From positions 24,614,001 to 24,678,000 of the forward strand of contig CM022673.1 in NCBI GenBank assembly GCA_012295275.1: a DNA stretch of 64,000 bases. Reading direction: 5' to 3'. The stretch comes from Chrysomallon squamiferum (taxonomy: Eukaryota > Animalia > Mollusca). Shown in pieces: positions 26,735 to 52,213 of this stretch. Under the pieces are notes generated by a model. That model was not told the origin of the DNA. It saw only the letters and a list, made by a program, of their open reading frames with translations, and did not search any database. The position numbers were made by a program, and so were the translations under genes. Numbering within the stretch: the first letter of the stretch is position 1; every line of letters starts with the position of its first letter.

Positions 26735-27509
26735 ATGCGTGTGTCTGTGTCTGTGTCATTGAGCGCGCATGTCTAACTGTTTCCGGTTTATAAACAACTG
26801 GAAGACAGGTTTCATCTCCCCATACTTCAATAATACACAATTCATCCGACTAGAATGACTTAAAAAATAATAATAATAATAAGTAGAAGAAGAAAAAAAA
26901 ATAACAGAGACACAAGAGAAGAAGCTGAAAACAAAAAAAAACTAAGAAATTAAGTAGACCTACATCTGCGCATTTTTATAGTTTCAGTAATTTTTACAAC
27001 AAATACAAATTATTACAATTAATATAACAACATTTTTATTTTTATTAATAATTATAATAATTTTAATTATAATTTAATTAAAATTTTAATAATAAAAAAA
27101 CATATCAATTTAAAAACAAGAAAGAAAAAGAAAGAAAAGAAAAAAAACAATCACATTATAGGGAAACAATGCAAAATGATCCTTAATTACAAAGGAAAAA
27201 TCTCCACAACGATATCCTTTACATAAATATGATAACTGCATGATATACGTAAACAGAAACATAATTACTACCATTGTTAAATATTCGCTGTGGTTGAATA
27301 ATATATTTTTTTTCTGTATCTCTCTAAATATCAAAAATAATCCTATGTTCATACTTATCCTCAAAAACCGATTTATCAAAAATCAGAAAAATTGGCAAAA
27401 TCCAAGCATTAAATTCTCTAAACATTATTCACGGGCTAGTGCTTTATTCAGAAACATTAAAAATGTGCTTCAGTTTGTACGTATCAGTTTACGCAAAACA
27501 GATGAGTTT

Positions 27510-27563
<54 letters not shown>

Positions 27564-28295
27564 GTGAGAAAAGATATTAAACATTTGGGGAGAGGCATAT
27601 CCTTAGACTCTTTAATAATGTCTTGTATTAATAAAGCTACAATTAGTGTAGTTACAGAATTAGATAGAGACTAAAGTGTTTTTGGAACAAAATGAACAGC
27701 ACTTTCACCAATACCAGAGTAAATAAAACAAATAGCCATTTTTGATCATTAATCAGCTATCATAATTCACTTTCACCACAATTAGTTCAATTTTATTTTA
27801 ATTTCATTTTTTTTTGTTTTTTTTTTTTTTTTTTTTCTTATTTTATTCACTTATTTTTCGTTTTATAGTTATATAAATTGTTATCAATTATGTGGTTGTT
27901 TCTTTAGGAGTCTCTACTCAGTAAACTAACTTTCAATGCATTATTCATTATCTTTAGCCCCAATAGAAATAAACAAATGTAGTTTGTATTTCAAAATAAA
28001 ATTTTCGTACAAACCTGAGCAAAGTAATCACGTCCACAAAAAAATCAAAATTCCCGCCAAGCACTGACGTCCCGTATGAATGATGTCATCACTCCTGAAA
28101 GGTTTGTCTAAATTTGTTTCACTAAAATAAACTTTAATTTCATTTTAGTGTTAGTATCAGTAATAATATCACTATTAGTAGTAGTAATTGTTGTATTTTA
28201 TAAAATAATCGGAAAATTACGTATATTTCGTTTCTATATACTTGAGAATTAACCGATACCGCTGAAAACATTGCAACAGGTGCCCGAAAGTTTGC

Positions 28296-28732
28296 CAGAC
28301 GATAAATAAAACTAAAAAGCATCCGTACTAAATAATAGCACTTTCAGAAATGCAACTAAAAGTATTATGATTTAGTTCGAATGATTCTTTGTTGTTAGAT
28401 CATTTTATTTTGACATATTTTATTTATTTTTTCTTGTTGTTTTTTTGTTGATTTATTTATTTATTTGTTTGTATATTTGTTTGCGTGTGTGTTTATTTAT
28501 TTATTTTATTTTACACAGTGTTTTATTTTATGGTTTAAATATATATGTATATATAGATTGTATCCATTGATCCGACAAATTCATAAATCTGGATCAGCTC
28601 CTGTCACAAGCATGCTTGAAAAGAGGTTCGCTGTCTGAATGTATTAAAGTGAAGATGGCAACATTTCAGTTAATGGTTTTAATTAGTAACGTGCTCCTGA
28701 CTTGCACCTGTAATGCGAGACCTGTTAAAACC
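28296..28732 (+). repeat. Copy 1 of a ~400-bp direct repeat (upstream of the peptide gene)
   Basis: Collinear with 32105-32488, e.g. taaaagtattatgatttagttcgaatgattctttgtt, cagctcctgtcacaagcatgc, tgaagatggcaacatttca, ctgtaatgcgagacctgt. Confidence 0.9.
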
Positions 28733-28804
28733 TCACAAAAAAACAACAACAAAAAAAAACAATATGCACGTGCAAATGTGTTCGTAACAGAAGAACGTGC
28801 AACA

Positions 28805-28927
28805 CGATGACGTTATCGGTCACGTGACAACATGAACTCTAATAAATAAGTCGACATTGACGTGGTCACTTGTGATCGTTCTTCAGTTCTCATTTCTTGT
28901 TTGTGCTGTGGAGGTTTCTTTTTTCAT
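28805..28927 (+). promoter_or_regulatory. Core promoter and non-coding exon 1 of the peptide gene
   Basis: CRE half sites TGACGT (28808, 28858), E-box CACGTG (28821), AT-rich TATA-like TAATAAATA (~28840), Inr-like TCAGTT (~28884), donor CAT/gtaagt at 28927/28928 splicing to the acceptor ttaacag at 29171. Confidence 0.55.
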
Positions 28928-29172
28928 GTAAGTTTTTAAAAACCAAATTTATACTCGTTCATATTAAAGTCTAAAAATATATAAAACATTTTTTTTTTTT
29001 TTTTTTTCTTTTTTTGTTTTTTGTTCTGGGTTTTTTCAAGAAGGGGTGAAAATAATTCATTATTCACTAAATTGCATTTGAAAACGCTTATTTAAGCCGA
29101 TAATGCGTTAAACACTCGTCTAATGGTGTAAAAATTCGAACTAACACTGTTTGACGTTGTCTTTTTAACAGA

Positions 29173-29990
29173 ATGAAAACCACGTATTTCTTGCTGGCTC
29201 TGCTCGCCTTGACCTTGGTTCCCGAAAACGTGGACGGCTGGTTCTTCCGGTCCGTGCGAAGAATTCGCGTCAGTCCGTATCACACACTTGGTTGTATGGC
29301 GGCCTGTAAGTGGGCCAGGAGCTGGGCATGCAAAGTGTGCAAGAGAAAGCGAGGACTGGACGTGCGTGCTCACCCAGCAGAGGTAGTGTTTAAATAATTC
29401 AGTATCGAAGGTATTCAGACGGTTTCAACATGCGAAATCTGATAACAGCATTTCGTACGAGTTTAAATTTTACAAAATATTTCTAAAATTCATTAAACTG
29501 TTTCAGGATGATGACGATGTCGCAGCTATGAAAGAACTGGATCTGAACGGAGATGGTTTTGCCGACTTGCATGAAATCTCTGTAGCATCGGGTTTAAAAC
29601 CTAAAAACATGGTTCAGATGAAGAAATTCCACGCTGCAGACATTAACGGTACGAGTTAATAAATATGACCAATTTACGATCTTATTAAAATAAACTATTG
29701 GAAATTTAACACTAATGCTAATTTATTTCATTAAACTGATAATTGTGGTACAAGATGTGCATCGGTGTTAAACTACATATTAATTCAAAATTGTAGGTGA
29801 TGGTAAACTGGGCGTATCTGAATTGGACGACTTCAACTTCGTGGATAAAAATGAACGTAAGTATAAATTTCATATTTATCGGAAACGATTTCAGTGGATT
29901 TCACGTTAAAAAATCTTAATTAGATTTAAATTTCTAGTTGTAGAAGCGGTTGACGAAGATGGAGCTGACAGTGACGACGTCGCTTTGTAA
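29173..29990 (+). CDS. Secreted 154-aa precursor: signal peptide + cationic 4-Cys peptide + KRKR + acidic two-EF-hand propeptide (putative antimicrobial/defence peptide)
   Basis: Coding exons 29173-29382, 29507-29648, 29797-29856, 29938-29990 (465 nt, in frame, canonical sites). Signal MKTTYFLLALLALTLVPENVDG; peptide WFFRSVRRIRVSPYHTLGCMAACKWARSWACKVC; EF loops DLNGDGFADLHE and DINGDGKLGVSE; acidic tail VDEDGADSDDVAL*. AATAAA at 30027-30032. Confidence 0.88.
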
Positions 29991-32104
29991 ATCCGCAAAT
30001 CGTCGCGATTCTGGGATATAAAGGTTAATAAAGTATTAAAAATGTGCTGTTTTGTTGCATTTTTTTTTAAAGGTGGTTAAATGTTTCAAAAAATAGTTCA
30101 GGGTATGGACAAAATACTTAAAACGAATTGCCGTTTTTATTTCACTGATATTGCGGTTAATATACATTAGCATAGTTTGATTGCCTTTTACTGAATGACG
30201 CACCAAAACTCCGTAACTACAAAATGTCTCTAAAGAACCCAGCCCAAAATTTACGTTTTTTATGAGGAAGGGGAATTTCTTTATTGATGAAATGAAACTA
30301 CGGCTTTTCTAAAACGAGCAATGGACTTAACAAAACTCAACAAAGCGTGGCAGATCTCACATTTATAACGCTTTAAAATGTGAAATGTTCCCGAAATAAT
30401 GAATCCCAAATTTTTATATTTGACACGTTACGTAATGGGCATTGTCAAGACGTCGAACATGCTCTGGAAGACCCACAAGGTCTCCCGCCTCGATCCGTTG
30501 CTATTTTAGCAAGTAAGCGTCCATTTTGTTGACTTGAGCGCTAATTAAGACTTTAATAAACGATTTCCTTGCATTAGTAATATGGCTGATTAAACGTATT
30601 GTACGTGAGTATATAATGGACCAAAACTCATTTAAACGGTTCAATGTGGAATTTTGATTCGGATGTAAAAAAAAGCTTTTCTCCACCAAAACTCAAATGG
30701 TTCAGTCGATCGATTTTGTCATTCGGATGAAAAATTAAAAAAAATAAACTGGTATGTTGATCGATTTTGCCAAAAAAAAAAAAAAAAAAATGTAAGAATA
30801 TTTATATATATATATATATAACATTTAAAAATTTGTTAGAAAACTGTCCAAAAAGATAAAAGGAAATGATTTCGAGCGTCATGTAAAGACTAAAAATACG
30901 GACCATTAATGGATTATATAGCGTCGGAATCAATGTATCATAAACGCACGTTCACTTCACGAATTGATGAATTTGTCTTTAAATGACAAATTCGTTTTAT
31001 GCCGTGTTCTGCAATTTTTGTTTTGATCAAATAATAAAGATTTTTAAATATTGAAACTTTAGGTTGTGTGCGTGATTATTTGTTATCGGCGAACAGCAAA
31101 TCATTCGAGGTGAAGAAATGTATCGACATACAATTTTTTTTTTCTTAATTTCTCGGTAATAAATACCGAACGTCTGCTCAGAACAAACGAGAAAAAAAGA
31201 TTATTAAAAAGGTTTTTATTTTCTTTGATTGTGGTTTTCCTTTATGACAGTACTATTATTTATTTATTTATTTATTTTTTCATTTGTTTTTTTTTTTTTT
31301 TTTTTTTTTTTGAGGTTTTTTTCTTGTTGTAATAGCACTTTTATTATTTGTTTTAAATCGAAATAGCACAGTTTATAAAGTGAAAGAAAAATGTCTCATA
31401 TCTTCTTTTCATGTAAATTTAACACGGGATAAGAAATAAAAAAACACTAAGTTAATAAAAAACAAATCTGCTTTCATATATAATTACTCCATGGGTTAAA
31501 ACAGACTGAATGATTTATCATTAACAAATACATGCATACAAGGTATAATAATCAAATGTAACCGGCGAAGACTTAGTTTCGAGTTTAGATAATTTACTGT
31601 TTGTACTAAAGATATTCACATGCGTCGTATTAACAATATAAATAACTTGAAATGAGTACAGAGTTTACAATATTCCTTTTAAATGTGAATGTCTTTTAAA
31701 ATCTGTGCCTAACTTTCGACGAAAATGTACAGAAAACTATCTCATGGTGCTAAAGATTATTTTGATATAGTTGTCTCCCTTCTATCAATCTAATGATTAT
31801 TAATGACGATGAAAAGTCAAAGATGAACAACTATTAATTTTTATCCGAGCAGATAATGCAAAACTACTGACGCCATTACTCTAATACAATATTGTTCATA
31901 TATAATAAACAAAGTGGGAAGGGTGAAGTGGGTTTGAAGAGGGGGCGGTAAAAATGTCTAAGCCTACGGGCGACTAGCACAATAAATCCGGCACTGTTCA
32001 GGAGTAGTTTGTGCCCATTAAATTGGAGACATCTGGAGCCATTTTTTCAACAAACGCAATTCGTGTCGTTACGGGTTATCGTTCCTGTTGGTTCATGCTA
32101 TTGA

Positions 32105-32488
32105 CAGACGATAAATAAATAAATATTCGAACTGCATCATAACACTTTCAAAAATGCAAATAAAAGTATTATGATTTAGTTCGAATGATTCTTTGTTTTC
32201 AGATAGATTTATTTTGTAATATTTAATTTTTATTTTTTATATATATATTTGTTTGTTGATTGATTGATTGATTTTACACATTTTTTATTTTATGGTTTAA
32301 AGGTACATATAGACTGTATCCATAGATCCGACAAATTCTGAAATCTGAACCAGCTCCTGTCACAAGCATGCCGGAAAAGTGGTTCGCTATCTGAATGTAT
32401 TAAAATGAAGATGGCAACATTTCAATTAATGGTTTTAATCAGGAACGTACTGCCTACTTTGCATCTGTAATGCGAGACCTGTAAAACC
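32105..32488 (+). repeat. Copy 2 of the ~400-bp direct repeat (downstream of the peptide gene, upstream of protease A)
   Basis: Same blocks as 28296-28732 with scattered substitutions and a shorter T-rich tract. Confidence 0.9.
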
Positions 32489-32559
32489 ACATTAATTTTT
32501 ATCCAAGCACATTCTTCTTCTTCTTCTTCTTCTTATTATTATTATTATTATTATTATCA

Positions 32560-32600
<41 letters not shown>

Positions 32601-33072
32601 TAGTTATGATTCACAGATCAGGGGCAGGCAACCCCGAGGCTTCGCCTATAGAAGCTGATCGCTGGATCAGTGGGAGGAACGTAACTTTTTAGCAATGGCA
32701 AAACTAGCTGTGAAACCATTGCGACCAAATGACTGTTTCACTAATATTAACAGCGAGTGTTGTGTTTGCCCAGTGGAGACAGAGAGATCATGAGAAACCA
32801 GCGGACGGTGTTAGGAAAAAAGTATAATTTATCAAGTTGCACGTTTTGAAAGACGAGTGAACGATACTGGGGAGTAAGGTCTTAGGTCAAGGAGCTTTAA
32901 TGAATAATTAATTAAAATAAAATAAATATCGTTAACGTTCAGATCGTTAATTCTAATATTATTCTGATTTTTGTGGGCGTTCCACCTGTATAATACTGGC
33001 AAATGGGCGATTCACAAAAATGATTTATTTAATGAACGTGAATAAATGAGTTTTATGAAGTCAGCATTCAAA

Positions 33073-33100
33073 CGACGTCACTAACTTTAACGTGACGTCA
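33073..33100 (+). promoter_or_regulatory. Protease A promoter CRE elements
   Basis: TGACGTCA 33093-33100 and near-perfect CGACGTCA 33073-33080, ~200 bp before the signal-peptide exon. Confidence 0.5.
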
Positions 33101-33300
33101 TTTATGAAGAAAGGCTAATAACAAGGTATAACGTCATAACTCCACACCGAAAACCTATGACAGAAAATATGTAAATGAGAATAAACATAATGAAAAGTTA
33201 CCGATTTAAAACTGCAGTTTGGAGTAATGCAAGTGATTTTTCTTCAAGGGGAATTACCGTGTGTTAAACTGAGCTCAAGATTGTGTGTGTTCTTTGACAG

Positions 33301-46973
<13,673 letters not shown>

Positions 46974-47694
46974 TGCACAATATGTACATATTAAATACTA
47001 ATTTTAGTCATTACGTACAGGGTAACAGTAATCTTTAATAATAATAAAACTAATGGTTTTGAATTTTAACGCACACACAACATGCGCACACGCACACACG
47101 GACATATAGTGACGTTGCACGATGTGTACATATTAAAACGCGAGTTAAAAGATAAAACCTGTATTTTATATTTTATACAGTATGTCTCTTTGTGGTTATT
47201 TCACTTTCTTCAAATGAAACTTGTCTTTGCTGTCTCTTCTTTTATAGTTAAATAATGCATTTTGATAAATTTATATACGTCATTAATGTACATGTATATA
47301 AAATATCATTTTCTGCACATTCAATTTAATTCATTATTCATAACATCAGAGTTAAGTGGATGGCACAGAGAACGTGTTTGTGCTAGTGAACACAATGAAA
47401 GTATTTCTTTACATGTTAAACTTGCTCTGTAACAAATAAAATGTTGTCTTATGCACGTACTGTTTTTGTCTTTGTGTTGTAGTTAAGTAAATATGAATTA
47501 ATGCGTGTGAAATATTTAACTGCAAGAGGCCTCTGTGAACTGAGTCACAGTTTGATACAACTATTAAATCGTAGCTCTAGTTTCATTTTACAGTTACAGA
47601 ACAGATGTTTGTAATACTCACAGTCACATATTAATAACATTGTATATAAACACATTTTTCATTTTTGATACTTTTAATGCATACTTCGTCGTTG

Positions 47695-47729
<35 letters not shown>

Positions 47730-48889
47730 TTTACTAGAAAAAAACAATCTAATTTAAATTCAGTATCTTCTAATTCACACATTCCATATCATCGAAATAT
47801 TTATTTTTATTATTATTATTATTATTAATTTTTTTTTTTTTCGAAAATTTTGCACGGACCTCTTCACATTCTGTACATAATCAGATTCAATAAAATAACT
47901 TCCCATGCAGAGTTCAGACGTATCGTTCAGTTGCCAAGATACTGATAGTCAATACGGGACAAAATTAATTACGAAAGGAATGATTTTTGTACCAATGTGA
48001 CAAATAATCAGACTCCAGACTACGTTCATACAAAACTGAACTTTGTCGTTACAAATAAAAGGCATTCATCACAATGCAGTATCGTAGCATTACTAACACA
48101 TTTCTTAAATTATTATTATTGTCACATTAAAATATATTTTATACAGAACAAGACGTTCAAACCCAGATGAAAAAAAAAAAAAAAAAAAAACGTTTAAAAA
48201 GTTGAAGATATCTAAACATTTGTCAAAAATTAAAAGTCCGAAAATAGGAAACATTTCAGTCGTTAATCATTAAAAAAAAACAGTATTTCAAGAGATATCT
48301 TTATCACATTCACCGAGTCTATTAAAAAAGAGTTTTCTATATTAAAAACCCTGATAAAGGTAACCTAACTAAATGAAGTATTATGTTTGTGGCCTGTGTC
48401 AACTGATGATATTGAATGTGTGATCATTCCTCATCAATAACAGTTGTCGTTCATGAAAAGGTAATTTTCGATAATTTTGCTGTCCTCCTGCAGACGATCA
48501 CATAGAGTTGTCGTTCCTGATCTGTCATTACCGCTTCACTTAGAATTCTTATTAAACAGTGCATACGAGATTATTAGTCAAATTCAAGACAGAATGTGAA
48601 ATAAGATAGGTTTAAGTGTTCTATTTAAGTAATCTGTTCTGGATAATAAACTATTCTCGGTTTTTTCAATATTTTTCTAAACTTTAGTCGTCAGTTCTAC
48701 CTATTTACCTGTTCCGCTTTGCTTTCGAATTTTCAGTTACGTCTTTCCTAGGAATTCTGCTAACAAAATAAACTGATATTTGATCTCATTCTGGTTTTAA
48801 ACATAAACTAACTGGACAGTCCTTTACAGGGAGAATGTAAAGTTTAATGTGAATAAAGGTAGACAACAACAATACTATAAGAAAATCAG

Positions 48890-48935
48890 TGACGTCATAT
48901 TAACTTTTAAATTTATATAAATTGTCATGACGTCA
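48890..48935 (+). promoter_or_regulatory. Protease B promoter: CRE - TATA - CRE
   Basis: TGACGTCA 48890-48897, TATATAA 48914-48920, TGACGTCA 48928-48935, ~120 bp before the ATG. Confidence 0.65.
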
Positions 48936-49053
48936 GGAATCTTTGCAGTTCAAATGATGGCGAATGCTCAGGCAAATTATCTCTCGAATCTGGTTCCAAA
49001 ATGTTTGTTTCTTGTTTACTGGGAAACAGATGTGAATCTACCAATATGGAAAT

Positions 49054-51069
49054 ATGACATTGTGTAGTTGTGTAGTTATTGTTTTTCTTATAAGCTGTTT
49101 CTTTTTGATCAGTGAGTATGACTTGTAATATACGTACATGTAACTACATACTTTGATCAGAGGTTTTAGGCTGTAAATCAAATACAATTTTAAAAGATAT
49201 ATTTTTGTATTAAAGAGTTTGAAAAATCAGATAATATGTTTTAAAATACTAAACCAGTGCCTTACCCTTTATCTCTTTATTAAAAAATATGATTAAAATA
49301 AATATTTTTTTGCTTTTATTTATATATTACACTTAATTATATTAAGACTGCTGCGCTAGTTATTCATAACAAATATTTATTTCAACAGTAATTACTAATA
49401 TCTCAAAAAGGTTTTATTTCGTTTAATAATAACAACTTCTTTTATGGCACAACAACCGTAATAAATAAATACATAAATCATTACAGCATTTGTTATTATC
49501 AGTGAGCAATGCGTACTGAACAGCAAGTTTTTTAATTAACAATATACAACTCTAGATAGTTCTGTGTTTTCAACAGATAATGGCTTACGATTGAGTTTTG
49601 AACGCAGCGAATGTTTCGTAGATGTACTGGCAATGGCAGATTATGAACTCTATCAGAAGTAAGTAACAGGAACACAAGTGTATAAACAAGTACATCTCTC
49701 TCTTGTAAATTTGAAATGTAGATAGTGCAAACGACTTTTGGACGTTATAAATGAGAACTGATGTTATAGAAATTGAGGTCGATGAACAAAATATTCAGCA
49801 CATCAAGGCAGGCATGTCGGGTAGGAATATTAATCGCAGGGATTTAAAAGCAAATCTAATATTAATTCTGGAAAGTGATAAATTTATTTCGCCAGTGTTT
49901 TCAATTGGTTAAATTATTGGGAGGCCGCACCCAACCGCACCCTACCGCCCCATTTCCGCGACCATGCTGTCACATACGTATGCATATTATACACATTATA
50001 CACTATTACATGTACGTATAATATACGTTACATATTTAAATGTGTGTTTATATGTATGTGTAATGCATGTTCATGCTCGACTGTAGTTGTGTCTATATTT
50101 AACTATAATTAATTTTATTTACATTTGTAGTTTCCAGTCAGAAATTTCAAAAAAACGATTTTCCAATTTAAGCAGACTTTGTTACATTGTTAATATCTTA
50201 ATAGAAGTGTTTTTTTTTTTTTTTTTTTATTATTTATTATTTTTACGTTGTCGTTGATGTTGTGGTTTTGTAGGTGGTATGGATGGAGCAGTGCCCCAGA
50301 GGCTCAAAAATCTGACGATGCCAAACAAAATATGAAACGTTATTTTTCTATAGTGTTTAATGAAGTAACGTATCTGTTTGTTTCTGTGTTTATGTTTGTT
50401 ATTTTATTTTATTTATTTATTTATTTATTATTATTATTATTGTTGTTTTTGGTGGGTTTTTTTTGTTTGTTTGTTTGTTTGACCTTTGGCGACACAATTC
50501 TGATATAATTTTATATAAGAAAAATATATGTCAAAAATTGTTCTTAAATACAGTTGTAAATAATAAATAAATAAATAAATAATTACGATGATGACGAGGA
50601 CGATAATGATGTTAACAAAATACTTTTTTTTTTTTCTTCTTTTTTAAAAAATAAAAATAAAAATTATAACAACAAACAAAATATGGAAGTAAATAACATG
50701 CTTATTTTGCTTTTCTATTTACAGGTAAGACATCAATATCATACACTGAAAAGCCGTAGATTTATAGTAACAATCCATTTAAACGACATCATCATTGCTG
50801 ATTCGCCGGTAAATGTAAACTTGTTTTAGATTATAGAAAATTAGTCAGTCACAGATCACAGATATCAGATGAGGGGTGGGGCAAACCAAGGCTCGCGAGC
50901 TACTTGTTCTTTTGATATTTAGTGTACGATGGTGTTTTTTATTTTAACAGAATTATGATTAATACATATTACAGAAATATAGGCTTACTTATTCTCTGCA
51001 ACAAAATATTTATGAAAACATTAAAAATGAGAAGATTACGTTTTGCCGTTCTCAAGTTTGGCCAAGCTT

Positions 51070-51146
<77 letters not shown>

Positions 51147-51504
51147 GTGCGTGTGTGTTTATGCATACATACCAAAACACAAGTAAAGTAATTGACATAT
51201 AGAGTATCGTAAAACCAACGTTGTAACCATAAAGAATAACGATACTATTACGTGACTTTTGCAGACTACGTCATTCGCTACGTTGACGAGTAATCGAAAA
51301 CGAGGTAACAGAGTCTTAGCTCAAGACGTAATGATGGATCTCAGAAACTTCAATGGCAACAACAGTAACAAGCTACCCAAGCATGACCATTTGATGCTGT
51401 TTACCGGGTACGTGAATTATTTTATTTATTTTTTATTTTATTTTATTTATTTATTTTTTGTTATTATTATTATTATTTTCTTCTTCTTCTTCTTCTTCTT
51501 CTTC

Positions 51505-51590
<86 letters not shown>

Positions 51591-52150
51591 TACACACACA
51601 CATACACACATACATATGGGTTAATGTTTTACTGGATTTAAATATTATAAAATAAATATTATAAAGACGATAATCATTGTATTATTTTATATATTGTTTT
51701 TCTTCAATATTTATTTTGTACAGGGTGGCAAAAAAGTCATTAATAAAAAAGCAAAGCAGAATCAGAAAAAAAAAAAAAAAAACAATACATAGCATTTTAT
51801 TGTTTTAACCAGAATTTAAAACTAATCAGATACAACTACTGCTTTTCAAAAAGTTAAAAAAATTAATAAAATAGCTTTGTATTCAGTATTTATTTTGTGT
51901 TTATCAGATACAGTCTTCTGACTAATGAACAAACCAATCCCGATGAGATGACAAAAGGTGATTTTCGCTGCAATCAGTGTTTTATGTTTTACTTGTTTGT
52001 TTAACCACCGCAGTTTCAACATTTTACTGAACAACTATTTCCACTTTTTACCTCTCTAGACTTTGAACTTATGTTCTTATTACATCTACAGTACAGAATT
52101 AAAATACATTTTTATTTCTTCTTCTTCGTCATCTTCTTCTTCTTCTTCTT

Positions 52151-52213
<63 letters not shown>

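Noticed and set aside
29092-29373. 93-aa antisense ORF over the peptide exon
   Set aside because: Shadow of a GC-richer coding exon; no splice or promoter support.
31916-31996. G-run cluster (possible G-quadruplex) ending in taaatccggcactg
   Set aside because: Long irregular loops; more simply the decayed end of a DNA-transposon-like repeat.
51724-51770. Acceptor-like site as candidate exon 6 of protease B
   Set aside because: No donor; the true paralogous 50-nt exon is 51908-51957.
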